A stretch of 64,000 nt of DNA from an uncultured Gammaproteobacteria bacterium (GCA_964404855.1 CAYOLO010000001.1:530736-594735), one strand, 5' to 3'. Shown: positions 1 to 10,563, counted from the stretch's first letter. Numbers and translations are program-made. The notes: generated from the letters alone by a model not told the origin.

Positions 1-780
1 TTTAAACCCGAATCTGTAATTCATTTTGCTTCATATAAATCTGTAGGAGAGGCTGATCGTGAGCCTGATAAATATTTTGATAATAATGTTGGAGGGTTTA
101 AGTGCGTTTTGGAGCTGATGGTTGAGTTTGGAGTTAACCAGTTAATTTTTTCATCTACTGCAGCTGTTTATGGAAATGGTTCTTTGCCGATATCTGAGGA
201 TTCTCCAAAAAATCCAATGAATGCCTATGGACAATCAAAGCTTCAGATGGAAGATTTGGCAAAAGAGTATGTAAGTAAGGGAATTTCGACAGTAGCATTA
301 AGATATTTTAATGCCGTTGGGGCATATCCTACTGGTGAACTTGGTGAGGACCCGTCGAGATCTACAAACTTGTTACCGCTTGTTATGCAAACACTAGCTG
401 GTAGACGGGAAGAAGTCTTGTTGTTTGGAAATAACTTTAATACAGAGGATTGTTCCCAAGAAAGGGATTATATAGATGTTTACGATTTGGCCATGGGGCA
501 CTTAATGGCATTAGAAAAAGATATAAAGGGATTTACTGCCATTAATTTGTCTACTGGCAAAGCAACTAGTTGTTTAGAAATATTTAAACTATCCGAAGAA
601 GTTTCTAAGAAAAAGCTTAATTATCGCGTAGTAGATTCTCGTGCGGGTGATCCTGAGGTATTATATGCCACTAATAAAAAAGCTGAGATGTTGCTTGGCT
701 GGGTCCCAAAAAAATCAGTAAGAGATTCAGTTGTAGATCAGTGGAATTGGACTGAAAAAAATCCTGATGGGTACAAGTAA
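1..780 (+). CDS. galE: UDP-glucose 4-epimerase family (GalE-like), 5'-partial (runs off window start)
   Basis: Frame 1 is open from nt 1 (FKPESVIHFASYKSVGEADREPDKYFDNNVGG...). Tracks the GalE/extended-SDR epimerase C-terminal half. Stop at 778-780. Confidence 0.75.
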   Translation, partial: FKPESVIHFASYKSVGEADREPDKYFDNNVGGFKCVLELMVEFGVNQLIFSSTAAVYGNGSLPISEDSPKNPMNAYGQSKLQMEDLAKEYVSKGISTVALRYFNAVGAYPTGELGEDPSRSTNLLPLVMQTLAGRREEVLLFGNNFNTEDCSQERDYIDVYDLAMGHLMALEKDIKGFTAINLSTGKATSCLEIFKLSEEVSKKKLNYRVVDSRAGDPEVLYATNKKAEMLLGWVPKKSVRDSVVDQWNWTEKNPDGYK

Positions 781-1203
781 TTAATCAAGATTTATATTTT
801 TTGGTTTGGGTTTGAAAATATAATAATTGTAAACAAGATAAGTGTAAGGAACAATAACCCCTGTAACTATTAAGTTTATAAAAAAGATATCCAAATTTGT
901 GGTAAGTAGAATGGTTGTCACTGTTTTGACAACAAACAAATTGAAAGATAGTAATAGTAAATATTTTAATAATTGAACTTTTGACATTTTTGTTTGAAAA
1001 GTAATGAAGTTTGTTGCAATGTAGTTAAATACTACACTTAACAGCCAAGCAATGATTACAGAATTGAGATCAGGAAGTTCGTAAAGTTTAACTAGAATAA
1101 AAAGAAATATATTATTCACCCCCACACTGGCAAAACCGATTAAAATATATTTTAAAAACTTAGATTTGTGCAGGTGGAATAATTTAATCGCTTTTTTTTG
1201 CAT
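781..1203 (-). CDS. GtrA-family small membrane protein (polyprenyl-phosphate-sugar translocation subunit-like)
   Basis: The 781..1560 ORF is trimmed to the internal Met at 1201-1203 because the longer form overlaps the GT2 gene on the opposite strand. The 140-aa product has 4 predicted TM helices and the GtrA-like motif ...NYIATNFITFQ. Confidence 0.6.
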   Translation of the reverse strand: MQKKAIKLFHLHKSKFLKYILIGFASVGVNNIFLFILVKLYELPDLNSVIIAWLLSVVFNYIATNFITFQTKMSKVQLLKYLLLLSFNLFVVKTVTTILLTTNLDIFFINLIVTGVIVPYTYLVYNYYIFKPKPKNINLD

Positions 1204-1237
1204 CGGGTTTGAGTATACAATATCAAGATAAAATTTT

Positions 1238-1933
1238 ATGGTTGTAAAAAAGGTTTTTATTATCGTTCCTGTGTATAACGAGGAGAAATATGTTGGCAGG
1301 TTTATTAAAGATTTGTTTAAGGAAATAACCACTATAAAAAAAATATCGCAAGTGGTTTTTATTAACGATGGATCAAAAGATCGTACTCGGGATATTATCC
1401 TGAGTGAAAAAGTAAAATATTCAAAAATAAGACTTATTGACTTGCCTAAAAATTCTGGTAAGGGTGTAGCAATGAAGCAAGGGCTTAAATATTCAAAGAA
1501 AAACAACGCTGGAGCGATTATTTTTATGGATGGAGATAGACAACATAGTCCAAAGCACATTAAGGATTTTTTGCAAGCAATAGAGGCTTCTCCTATTGTG
1601 TTTGGATATCGAATGCTTTTATCAGATGCTCCTAAAATAAGAAAAGCAGGTAATGTTTTGGCAGGTCTAATTATTAGGTATTTATTTAATATTAAAAGAA
1701 GAGATATTTTATGTGGATTTATCGCAATTAGGGCTGATGTGTTTGATAAGATAAATTGGACTTCTAAAGGTTATGGCGTAGAAGCAGAAATGTCGGCAGT
1801 AGTAGGGAGAAAGAAAATCGATTTTTCTGAATTATTAGTGTCAACAATCTATTTTGATGTTAAAAAAGGTGTAACAATGAAGCACGCTTTAAAAATATTT
1901 TTACACCTTCCCCTTTGGTATTTAAAAAGCTAG
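1238..1933 (+). CDS. GT2 polyprenyl-phosphate glycosyltransferase (GtrB/DPM1-like)
   Basis: IVPVYNEE...FINDGSKDRT...MDGDRQHSP motifs of family-2 dolichyl/undecaprenyl-phosphate sugar transferases. Adjacent to the GtrA-like gene. Confidence 0.8.
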   Translation: MVVKKVFIIVPVYNEEKYVGRFIKDLFKEITTIKKISQVVFINDGSKDRTRDIILSEKVKYSKIRLIDLPKNSGKGVAMKQGLKYSKKNNAGAIIFMDGDRQHSPKHIKDFLQAIEASPIVFGYRMLLSDAPKIRKAGNVLAGLIIRYLFNIKRRDILCGFIAIRADVFDKINWTSKGYGVEAEMSAVVGRKKIDFSELLVSTIYFDVKKGVTMKHALKIFLHLPLWYLKS

Positions 1934-3609
1934 ATTTTTATTTTTCCTGTAACAATAATAATTTTTTGGTGTGTAAATCCCATCATTGAATCTGTGTATT
2001 CTATGTTTTCAATTGTGTTTTGATATTTATTTAGAGTATTGAAGCAGGTGTTTAATATTTTACCTACTTGGTCATCAGGTAATAGTATTGCAAAGGTGTA
2101 CCTTTCTTTGTTAACTGATTTATTTAATCTTTCTCGTACTTTTGATCTGTATTTTTCGTTATTAGCCATAAACTTATATATATTGTTTGATGACTCTTCG
2201 ATATTGATTAATGGTTTGTTTTTTAGGTTAGATAAAATATAAAATCCACTATTTGGTAAGAAACAATTTAGTGTGATATCGATTTGCGTACTATCGATCG
2301 GAAGTTTAATTTGTTTTTCGAATAAATATGGAATTTGTGTTTTGTGTAAAGCAAAATTTCTTTTAAGTGGGGGTCTGAATGCCCAATCGTAGCCAAAGTT
2401 AAATTTAACAATTCGAAGGTTTTGAATCATTAGTATCGAAATTATGCAGAAGAAAGCAAAAAGATAAATCTTTTGTTTTGTGTATTTTAGATCTAAAAAT
2501 TTAAATATTAGTATTCCACCCAAAACTTCTGAATATGTTGCGTATCTACTGTAGCCAAAAACGATAGACCAAAGCAGCATTGAGGAAAAGAAAAGAAAAA
2601 ATAATATTTTTTCTGATTCCCTTAATTTATTTTTTATAGCAAACAACAAACTAATTATTCCAAGTATCCAGTAGAACTGAAGTTTGAAATCATAAAAAAT
2701 AATATGCATCTCACCCAATCTATTGTTCTGAAATATCGATAAGATTGGCCAAACTATTTTGTCTAATAGTGTTTTTCCTCCCCACCGGACATCAGCGAAA
2801 TTTTCGTATTCTAAATATGGAGATTTAAATAAACCACTGTAGAGCGGGAAAAATGGATTTCCTTGGCTTAGTAAATAGTTTTGAAGTGAATGTAATCCTA
2901 AAAGAGACGAAATTAGTATGCCTGTTGAAACAAAGACTAATATTTTTTTTAATATTTTTAAATTGGTAAATTTTGAAGAATAAAAAATTAAATAAAAATT
3001 AACAGCAATTATCGGTAAAATAATAATTGAATTAGTTATTTTTCCATAAAAAACAAACATAAATATTAAGTTGTAAATTACAAAATATTTATAACTAGTT
3101 CCTTTTTGGGAAACAAATTTTAAAAGATAATAAGTTCCTATTAATGGAAGAAGTGTATTGAGAATATCTATTTTGTAAGTTCCGATTTCCAACAGTATTT
3201 GATTACTCACTGTAAGGTTAATTAATAACCCTACAGATAATATTTTGTGTTTTTTAAAAATGTTCGGATAAATTAAATTAACTATTTTGTAAGATACAAA
3301 AGTAATAAAGAAAAAAGCGAATAAATTTGGTAATGTCCCAAGTCTGTACCCAAATATAAAAATGAATGGATAAAGTAGTACATCATAAAATGCTGATAAA
3401 TTGCCTAATGCTAGAGGAAAAAACTCGTTTGGTGAGAATTGCCAGAACCAGTTGTGAAACGCCCTTTGCGCATTAAATAAATGATAAACAAGTGCGTCGT
3501 ATGAACGGTCTGGGATTAAAAACCTGTTTAAAAATAATATAGTGGGTATAAAAAAAGCTACTAAGAATCCCGTAATTATTAAAAAATTGTTCTTTATTTT
3601 ATTAATCAT
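1930..3609 (-). CDS. polytopic integral membrane protein, putative GT-C-type (GtrC/PMT-like) glycosyltransferase
   Basis: 559 aa with >10 hydrophobic helices and a soluble C-terminal ~150 aa. Sits next to the GtrA/GtrB-like pair. Function is inferred from context only. Confidence 0.45.
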   Translation of the reverse strand: MINKIKNNFLIITGFLVAFFIPTILFLNRFLIPDRSYDALVYHLFNAQRAFHNWFWQFSPNEFFPLALGNLSAFYDVLLYPFIFIFGYRLGTLPNLFAFFFITFVSYKIVNLIYPNIFKKHKILSVGLLINLTVSNQILLEIGTYKIDILNTLLPLIGTYYLLKFVSQKGTSYKYFVIYNLIFMFVFYGKITNSIIILPIIAVNFYLIFYSSKFTNLKILKKILVFVSTGILISSLLGLHSLQNYLLSQGNPFFPLYSGLFKSPYLEYENFADVRWGGKTLLDKIVWPILSIFQNNRLGEMHIIFYDFKLQFYWILGIISLLFAIKNKLRESEKILFFLFFSSMLLWSIVFGYSRYATYSEVLGGILIFKFLDLKYTKQKIYLFAFFCIISILMIQNLRIVKFNFGYDWAFRPPLKRNFALHKTQIPYLFEKQIKLPIDSTQIDITLNCFLPNSGFYILSNLKNKPLINIEESSNNIYKFMANNEKYRSKVRERLNKSVNKERYTFAILLPDDQVGKILNTCFNTLNKYQNTIENIEYTDSMMGFTHQKIIIVTGKIKI

Positions 3610-5149
3610 TAATTATTTTGAATAGATTTTTTTTGAAAGCTTTATCGGAGTATGTATTATTTAGAATAGATTTTGTTTTTTCATCAAGTGTAAAATTTGT
3701 TTCGTTATTAATTATTTCTATAGTATTTATGGTTAGTTCATTGATTGAACTAAATAAAGATTTATTGCCAAGTTTTAATGTATTGATTATATCTGGAAGT
3801 CCTCCACCGTTATATAGTACAGGTTTGCATCCAGCTGATATTGCTTCAATTGGGGCAATACCAAAATGCTCAAACTTCATTGGATTTCTTAATTCGTTTT
3901 CTCCAAATCCTGTGGCATGCCAATATATTTTTGACTTTTGAAGAAGTAACACTAAAAATTTCCTACTAACATTAAAATGAAAAAAAATTGGGTAACCATT
4001 TGATATTTCCTTCAGGTGATTCGCAAAGCTTTGACTAGTTGGTTCTTTGCCTAACCCACCTACTAAATGTAATTCCCAATTAGTTTTTTTCTTATCGTGC
4101 ATTTTTTTAAATGCTTCGATTAATATTTCTTGTTTTTTACCATGGCCAAGAGTAAAAAATCTTCCAATACTAATAATGTAGTTCTTTTTTTGGATGTTTT
4201 TACTGTATAGCATATCAACTGGTGGATATAGAATAACCGAATCGTGTCCCCAATAATTTTTGATTCCAAGACGGGTAAATTCAGAGATTGCGATTATTTT
4301 GTCATATTTCTCCATTCTTTTTTTAACGTTGACGAATACTCCTGCTCTTATGCGATCGGTAATTTTTTGTGTAATTGGACTAAGTAGTTTTTCAAATCCA
4401 TATACAGGTTTAATTTTGTCGAGAATTAGTTCAACATTGTCATGTGAGTCGTGATTTTGGTTTAAAAATTTTAAATAGATTGTTTCTGATTTAGGTCTAA
4501 CAGAATATCTAAATATTATTTGATTTCTTGAATGAATTATTTTGTATGTATTACTAATAATGTCAGCATTATCAAAAGTTGCTGAAATATTTTCTAAATA
4601 TGTTTTTGTAAACTCTTTAAATAAAACGGAAAATTTTATTGTGTACGTTTTACCCTTGGTTAATCTATAGTAGGCAACTTTGGATTCTTTGTTTACTGTG
4701 TATAAAAGATGGCCGTGATAATATCGGACAAAATCTGGTTGAATTATAAATTCAATCGGTTTGGAAACTTTAGTAAAAATCGGTGTAATAAGCGAGTTAA
4801 TTACGTATCCCTTAATGTTTTCATGGGCTTTGGTTGGAAAGTAGGTAATGTAAATATTTTTTTTAGCATAGCCCAATGAATAATCCATGAATGAGGCATT
4901 AATAAATAAATCCTTGCCTTTTGTAATATCTTTTAGGCGAAGCTCATCATTCCAAAGTTCAACAAATTCAGCCTTTTCAAGATCAATATTTAATTTCTCA
5001 ATAATTGTTTTTTTCGAAACAAGCTTCCCACAAACAAAAGTAACTTTATAGTTTTCTTCAATCAAACATCTGGCAACTTTACATGCCATAAACTCTCCCC
5101 CGCCCAAAGTATCTAACCATTTATCATAGACAACTGCAGTTTTTATCAT
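3602..5149 (-). CDS. GT4 (GT-B fold) glycosyltransferase
   Basis: N-terminal LGGGEF. C-terminal ...GFGENELRNPMKFEHFGIAPIEAISAGCKPV (E-x7-E region). Confidence 0.8.
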   Translation of the reverse strand: MIKTAVVYDKWLDTLGGGEFMACKVARCLIEENYKVTFVCGKLVSKKTIIEKLNIDLEKAEFVELWNDELRLKDITKGKDLFINASFMDYSLGYAKKNIYITYFPTKAHENIKGYVINSLITPIFTKVSKPIEFIIQPDFVRYYHGHLLYTVNKESKVAYYRLTKGKTYTIKFSVLFKEFTKTYLENISATFDNADIISNTYKIIHSRNQIIFRYSVRPKSETIYLKFLNQNHDSHDNVELILDKIKPVYGFEKLLSPITQKITDRIRAGVFVNVKKRMEKYDKIIAISEFTRLGIKNYWGHDSVILYPPVDMLYSKNIQKKNYIISIGRFFTLGHGKKQEILIEAFKKMHDKKKTNWELHLVGGLGKEPTSQSFANHLKEISNGYPIFFHFNVSRKFLVLLLQKSKIYWHATGFGENELRNPMKFEHFGIAPIEAISAGCKPVLYNGGGLPDIINTLKLGNKSLFSSINELTINTIEIINNETNFTLDEKTKSILNNTYSDKAFKKNLFKIIND

Positions 5150-5151
5150 AG

Positions 5152-6396
5152 TTAATTAAAGTACCAATAACCTTCAAATATTTTTCTAAAGTTCTTATTT
5201 ATCGCATTAGTTGGTAAATTTTTGTTTCTATTAATTCTTCTTAATGAAAGTTTTGGAATGTTTAAAAAGAAATATTTAATTACTTTTATATATTGAAGAT
5301 TTTTTGATCTATTGTCGTAATTTTTGCTGGTTAATAAAAATCTCAAGAATGATGTATAGGAAAAGCAAATATATTCTTTAATAAATACTCTAATTGGAAA
5401 ATTAAAAAAGGTATGTAAAAGTCTACCTTTTTCTGAGTGAAAAATGAATAATGGCGACCATTCTTTGGCTGACAAAGAATGATAATGATATGCAATAGCG
5501 TTTGGGCAAAAAATAATTGAATAATTTAACAGTCTTGCCCTTTCTGATATATCGACATCCTCATAATAGAGAAAAAAATTTTTGTCAAAACCACCTAATG
5601 CCCTAAGTATTTCTTTTCGATAGAGGACCGCGCCTCCACAGGCGGCATAGACTTCTTTAGTTTTGTTATATTGATTCCTATCTATTTCGTAATCTTGAAG
5701 ACTATCTTTAATTAGTGACCCATTGTCTCTTCCGTACCCATTTTGAAATACTGTTATGCCAGCGTTTTGTATTTTGTGATAGAAATCTTTTTTTATAGAA
5801 ACGTTTATTTTTTTTGTATTTATTCCATTTGAAATTTCAATTATATGATCGTTAAATTTATCGAAAGGTATTTCCCTAAAATAATTATTATCTTCGTGAA
5901 TAGTTTTTATAGGTATCTCTGTTTTATTAATAGTCTTAAGAAGGTGACTTTTTGTTAATGATAGATTTACATTATTAGACTTGAGATTGTATTTGTAGAT
6001 TGCTGGGTATAATAAAATTTTCGAATTGACAGCAAACGATTTAGGATTATCTTTAGCAGTTTTTACGAGTTCTTTTAACCAGTTTTTGTCAACAATACAG
6101 TCATTGTTTAATAATGCGACGAATTGACCTTTTGCTACATTTATACCGCAATTGTTTCCTTCCCCAAAACCTAGATTTTTTTCGTTAAATATTAATACAA
6201 GACTTTCTTGAACATCCCTTTTGTACTTCTTTAATAATTTTTCACTTTTATCTTTTGAGTTGTTGTCAACAACGATTACCTCTAGTTTTTCTTTTTCAAA
6301 GTTTTGATTATAAATTGAGTCGAGACACTTATTAATAAGTTTTTCCCCAAAATAATTTAAAACAATAACTGATACTTCTATATTGAATTTTGACAT
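5152..6396 (-). CDS. GT2 glycosyltransferase
   Basis: VSVIVLNYFG...IVVDNNSKD...NNDC. GT-A fold motifs. Confidence 0.8.
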   Translation of the reverse strand: MSKFNIEVSVIVLNYFGEKLINKCLDSIYNQNFEKEKLEVIVVDNNSKDKSEKLLKKYKRDVQESLVLIFNEKNLGFGEGNNCGINVAKGQFVALLNNDCIVDKNWLKELVKTAKDNPKSFAVNSKILLYPAIYKYNLKSNNVNLSLTKSHLLKTINKTEIPIKTIHEDNNYFREIPFDKFNDHIIEISNGINTKKINVSIKKDFYHKIQNAGITVFQNGYGRDNGSLIKDSLQDYEIDRNQYNKTKEVYAACGGAVLYRKEILRALGGFDKNFFLYYEDVDISERARLLNYSIIFCPNAIAYHYHSLSAKEWSPLFIFHSEKGRLLHTFFNFPIRVFIKEYICFSYTSFLRFLLTSKNYDNRSKNLQYIKVIKYFFLNIPKLSLRRINRNKNLPTNAINKNFRKIFEGYWYFN

Positions 6397-7350
6397 TTAA
6401 TTATGAGTGAGAGACCTTTTTAATTTGTTGTAATTTTGCCAAAGTTTATATACTTTGCCTGATTGGATTTTATCTAAATCCGCCTTAGTTTCCCGATATT
6501 TTTTTTCAAGTTCTAAACTCACAGGATTTGCACTATTTGATGATCTTGACTCAAATATTTTATGAAACTCATTTTCGTTTATCTTGGGAAAATTATTAAT
6601 TTCTAAAACCTTTGCTAATTCAATAAATTTGTAAAATTCCATCAACTTACTAAGTATTAATCCGTGAGTGTTATCTTTATAACCTTCTAAATCTAAATAT
6701 CTTCTAAAAAATTCTGACTCATAGTAGCTGATTATGTCTGTTTTTGGATTTTTAGTATCTACAATTATATTTTTTGTAGTGTTGGTGTATCTAATCAATT
6801 TATTTAAAAATTCGTCAATAGTTAGATAATTATTATGAATAACTGCATATTTTTCTTCAGCTGGGAGCGTGAGTTTTTTACCTTTGTATATTGGTAGGGT
6901 GTGAATCGTATCTTGCCATTTGATACAGTTTTTTTTGAATAATCTTATATGATTATCTGGCCACCAGCCAGTGTGTTTAATGTGTTTATTAAAAATCATA
7001 TTTTTGAATGGCATTTCGACTAGGTCGTATTTGTTTTCTGAAACAATTTCAACAATCTTGTCGCATAAGCTTTTTGGTAATCTTTCATCGGCATCTAATA
7101 CAATCACCCATTCGTTAGAAGCTTTGCTCAATGCAAAATTTCTAGCTGGTTCTACATATCCATAATCTTTAACGTTATAAACTTTTGCTCCGAGAGATTT
7201 AGCAATTTTTTTAGTTTGATCTGCGCTGTTCATGTCGGCGACAATTATTTCGCCAACTATGCTTATAGCAGAATTAATACAATCTTTAATATTTTTTTCT
7301 TCGTTTTTAGTGTTGATAACGAGTGAAATATTATTTGTTTTTGTGTTCAT
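6397..7350 (-). CDS. GT2 glycosyltransferase
   Basis: ISLVINTKNEEKNI...VADMNSADQT...VLDADERL. Confidence 0.8.
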   Translation of the reverse strand: MNTKTNNISLVINTKNEEKNIKDCINSAISIVGEIIVADMNSADQTKKIAKSLGAKVYNVKDYGYVEPARNFALSKASNEWVIVLDADERLPKSLCDKIVEIVSENKYDLVEMPFKNMIFNKHIKHTGWWPDNHIRLFKKNCIKWQDTIHTLPIYKGKKLTLPAEEKYAVIHNNYLTIDEFLNKLIRYTNTTKNIIVDTKNPKTDIISYYESEFFRRYLDLEGYKDNTHGLILSKLMEFYKFIELAKVLEINNFPKINENEFHKIFESRSSNSANPVSLELEKKYRETKADLDKIQSGKVYKLWQNYNKLKRSLTHN

Positions 7351-8375
7351 TAAATTCCAATTGAGTTTTTAAGGTGTCGTAGTTTGTTTTTTAACAAATG
7401 ATAGTAACGGTTTGATGCAATAACAAAAAACTGTTTTGGGCCATATGCTCCTAAAAATATTCCTGACAAATATTCCCTAATATTTTCGGTTAATTGAAAA
7501 TATTGGTTGCGAATATTATTTTGAATAATTTTTTTATTTGGTTTGGCAATAAAATATGAAAACATGATTGGTAAATTTTCTAATTCGGTTAGTTTCTTGT
7601 CATAATCAATTATTTTTTTAATTAATTTAAATTTCTCTGGATTTTTTAATTTTGATACCTTTTTATTGTGTGTTAATAGTAGATAGGCTATTGATCCATT
7701 GGTGTCGTTTTGTTCTAATATTTTGAAATATTTTTTTAAATTAGGAATTATTAAATTAGCATGAATACCCTCAGTTGGATCAGTTACCATCATAGTTGGT
7801 AAGTGCGGATAGAATAAGCTATCGTGTTTTATTGATTCTGGTAAAGAGTTATTTATTTTGTTTGCAAGAGCCCATTGTTTTTTGGGATATTGATTTCTGC
7901 CTGGTCCAATATAGTCAAAACTAACAAGTATTCCATTCGGTTTTAATGCCTTAGCAATTTGGAGTGACATTCGATTGATAAATTGAACATGATGAAGGGC
8001 AGCAACATTAACAACTAGATCATATTCGTTTTCGTTAAAATTCGTTTTGTTGGCGTCCATTTGAATGTACGTAATACTCCTCCCCTTTTTTTGTTTTTTG
8101 GCTTGAGCAAGTAAATCTGTTGAATAGTCGAATGCTGTGGCTTTTTTAATAATTTTCTTATCTATAAATTCTCTTTCTACCCAGCCATTGCCGCAATTTA
8201 AGACTAATGCGTGTTCAAATGGTTTTTTGGCAAATCTTTTCTTAAAATCGCTTTGCCAAGTGGTTTTTTCTGATTTGGTAAAGTTCTTGTTCATATACCT
8301 TAAAACCTGAGGTATATCATTCCAGTACATTTGACTGTAATATACTTCGCTGTTTTCGTTAACTACACTTTTCAT
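7350..8375 (-). CDS. class I SAM-dependent methyltransferase with extra C-terminal domain
   Basis: Motif I VLNCGNGW, acidic AFDYS, motif II IQMDA, motif III DLVVNVAALHH. Followed by ~150 aa of unknown function. Stop overlaps the wzt-like start. Confidence 0.6.
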   Translation of the reverse strand: MKSVVNENSEVYYSQMYWNDIPQVLRYMNKNFTKSEKTTWQSDFKKRFAKKPFEHALVLNCGNGWVEREFIDKKIIKKATAFDYSTDLLAQAKKQKKGRSITYIQMDANKTNFNENEYDLVVNVAALHHVQFINRMSLQIAKALKPNGILVSFDYIGPGRNQYPKKQWALANKINNSLPESIKHDSLFYPHLPTMMVTDPTEGIHANLIIPNLKKYFKILEQNDTNGSIAYLLLTHNKKVSKLKNPEKFKLIKKIIDYDKKLTELENLPIMFSYFIAKPNKKIIQNNIRNQYFQLTENIREYLSGIFLGAYGPKQFFVIASNRYYHLLKNKLRHLKNSIGI

Positions 8376-9115
8376 AATGATTGTTTATATTTTTCGATTG
8401 CCTTATCGATGTTTCCAAAAAATAGCTGATTTCCGCTAGATAGAGTGAGTCCGACGTCACAGTAGTTCTTAATTTGTTCGATTGAATGACTAACCATGAT
8501 TAATGTAGATCCTGACTTTTTAAATTCGTTTATTTTCTGTAAACATTTTTTTTGAAAATCTATATCCCCTACAGACAATATTTCATCGACAAGTAATATG
8601 TCTGGTGTTTCTGAAACGGCAACCGAGAAGGCTAATCTCATATACATACCGGATGAATAATGTTTGACGGGTTGATCGATAAATTCCCAAAGTCCAGCAA
8701 AATCTACGATATTCTTAAAGAGCTTGTCCATGTCTTTTTTTCTTTTGCCAAGTATCGATCCGTTTAGATAAACATTTTCTCTGCCTGTAAGCTCTGGGTG
8801 AAAACCTGCTCCAAGTTCTATAAGTGGAGCAACTGTTCCATTAATTGTTATTCTGCCATCAGAAGGTTTTGTAACACCTGCTATTAGTTTAAGGAGTGTA
8901 GATTTGCCTGAGCCGTTACTGCCAATCAAACCAAGGCTTTGGCCTTGTTCTAGTTTAAAATTTATTCCGCTTAACGCTTCAAATCTGTTAAATAATTTAT
9001 CTTTTAAAAATAATGCTGGTAAAAATTCCTTAAACGTTTTATGGCGTTGAAGTGAATATGACTTGTGCAGGTTTTCTGCGATTACTGCGTAATTTTTGTT
9101 AGACATAATCTGCAA
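8372..9115 (-). CDS. ABC transporter ATP-binding protein, polysaccharide/teichoic-acid exporter type (Wzt/TagH/KpsT-like)
   Basis: Walker A GSNGSGKST. Signature YSSGMYMRLAF. Walker B LLVDE. 247 aa with no C-terminal carbohydrate-binding extension. Confidence 0.85.
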   Translation of the reverse strand: MQIMSNKNYAVIAENLHKSYSLQRHKTFKEFLPALFLKDKLFNRFEALSGINFKLEQGQSLGLIGSNGSGKSTLLKLIAGVTKPSDGRITINGTVAPLIELGAGFHPELTGRENVYLNGSILGKRKKDMDKLFKNIVDFAGLWEFIDQPVKHYSSGMYMRLAFSVAVSETPDILLVDEILSVGDIDFQKKCLQKINEFKKSGSTLIMVSHSIEQIKNYCDVGLTLSSGNQLFFGNIDKAIEKYKQSL

Positions 9116-9905
9116 AACTTCTTTCTAATTTTTTAAATAGTAAAAACGAAGCGGTGAAAATCACAATTGATATTATTAATCCTGTTAGTAAGCTTGTAAT
9201 GTTTGGATGGCCTCCCCCAATAATCACTTCACGATAAGCATTAATTATTACCGCCATTGGGTTAAGTGACATTATAAATTGAAACTTTTCTGGAATTGCT
9301 TCGATTGGATAAGCAATTGGAGTTAAATAAAACCATATCAAAAGAAAAAGAGTGAGCAAATATTGAATATCTCTGTAGAAGAGATTAAACGCTGATACAA
9401 ATAAAGAAATACCTAAAGTAAAAATAATTTGAATTGCAAATATTATTGGTACCCAAAGAATTGACCAATAAATTGGTACTCTAAAAATCGCAATTAGGAT
9501 TGCAAGAATTACGAGTGAAAAAGAAAAATCTATTATTTTTGCAATTATAGTTGAGTAAACTAATATTTCTCTCGGAAAATATATTTTAGTAATTAAACTA
9601 CTATTTTGTACTAGAACTCCCGAAGAGCTTGTTAGTGATAATTGAAACAAATTCCATGGCAATAACGCCACAGATAGGAAAACAATATACGGAACTCCAA
9701 GTGAGGGAACTTTTAAGATTGTTGAAAAGACAAAACTTAGAACTACTAATTGAGCTAATGGGTTGATTATGACCCAAGCGTAACCAAGTATTGACTGTTT
9801 GTATCTTGCACTTATCTCCCTTTTTGCTAAATTGATAAGCAGCTCTCTGTAAAACCAAAAAAGTTTAAGGTTTTTTAATAATTTAAAAAATTTTTCTTTT
9901 GACAT
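9099..9905 (-). CDS. ABC-2 type permease (Wzm/TagG-like)
   Basis: 268 aa, 6 TM. Overlaps the downstream ATPase gene by 17 nt. Confidence 0.8.
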   Translation of the reverse strand: MSKEKFFKLLKNLKLFWFYRELLINLAKREISARYKQSILGYAWVIINPLAQLVVLSFVFSTILKVPSLGVPYIVFLSVALLPWNLFQLSLTSSSGVLVQNSSLITKIYFPREILVYSTIIAKIIDFSFSLVILAILIAIFRVPIYWSILWVPIIFAIQIIFTLGISLFVSAFNLFYRDIQYLLTLFLLIWFYLTPIAYPIEAIPEKFQFIMSLNPMAVIINAYREVIIGGGHPNITSLLTGLIISIVIFTASFLLFKKLERSFADYV

Positions 9906-10008
9906 TATTTTTATAAGTTTAAGTTTACCTTATTTTAAGATTGAAGTTTAGATTATTGTGACTTGATATGGTTGGACAAATAAGATCTCTGCGATATACT
10001 TATTTTAT

Positions 10009-10563
10009 ATGAAAACTAAAGATTCACCAATTAAAGTACATGATAGTTTGGGTTCGGAAGTATATATTCAAGATTATTCTCCAAGGAAAATGATAGATGG
10101 GGTTACGATTAATAATCTTAAAAACTTTGTTGGAGAAGAGGGAGATTTTAGTGAAGTTATCCGATTGGATACTAATGGAGAGCTTGAGGCTTATCCAGGT
10201 TTTAAATTGCGTCAGGTAAATCGTACTCGAATGTTTCCTTCGACAATTAAAGCGTGGCATCTGCATCTTAAGCAATGTGAAATTTGGTATATTCCACCCT
10301 CATCAAGAATGTTAGTTGCACTTTGGGATACTAGAGAAGATTCTCCAACTTTTAACGAGACAATGCGAATGGCCGCAGGTGGTGGTAACTCTTTGATGGT
10401 TTATATTCCAAATGGGGTTGCTCATGGAGCATGGAATTACTCCAACGAGCCTGTAGATTTTTTCTATTTTGTAGATTCTCAGTTCGATATTAAAGATCCT
10501 GATGAAAGTCGAATCCGTTGGGACTATTTGGGAGCTGACTTTTGGGATTTTGCGAAAGATTGA
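10009..10563 (+). CDS. RmlC-like cupin (dTDP-sugar 3,5-epimerase / ketoisomerase family)
   Basis: WHLHLKQ...LVALWDTREDSPTFNE...IPNGVAHGAWN parallels RmlC GLHxQ / DVAVDLRxxSPTFG / IPxGFAHGF. Confidence 0.6.
   Translation: MKTKDSPIKVHDSLGSEVYIQDYSPRKMIDGVTINNLKNFVGEEGDFSEVIRLDTNGELEAYPGFKLRQVNRTRMFPSTIKAWHLHLKQCEIWYIPPSSRMLVALWDTREDSPTFNETMRMAAGGGNSLMVYIPNGVAHGAWNYSNEPVDFFYFVDSQFDIKDPDESRIRWDYLGADFWDFAKD

Noticed and set aside
781-1560. 259-aa minus-strand ORF from the track
   Set aside because: Its 5' 357 nt overlap the well-supported GT2 gene on the plus strand and have no GtrA-like sequence. Trimmed to the internal ATG at 1203 (140 aa), the typical GtrA size.
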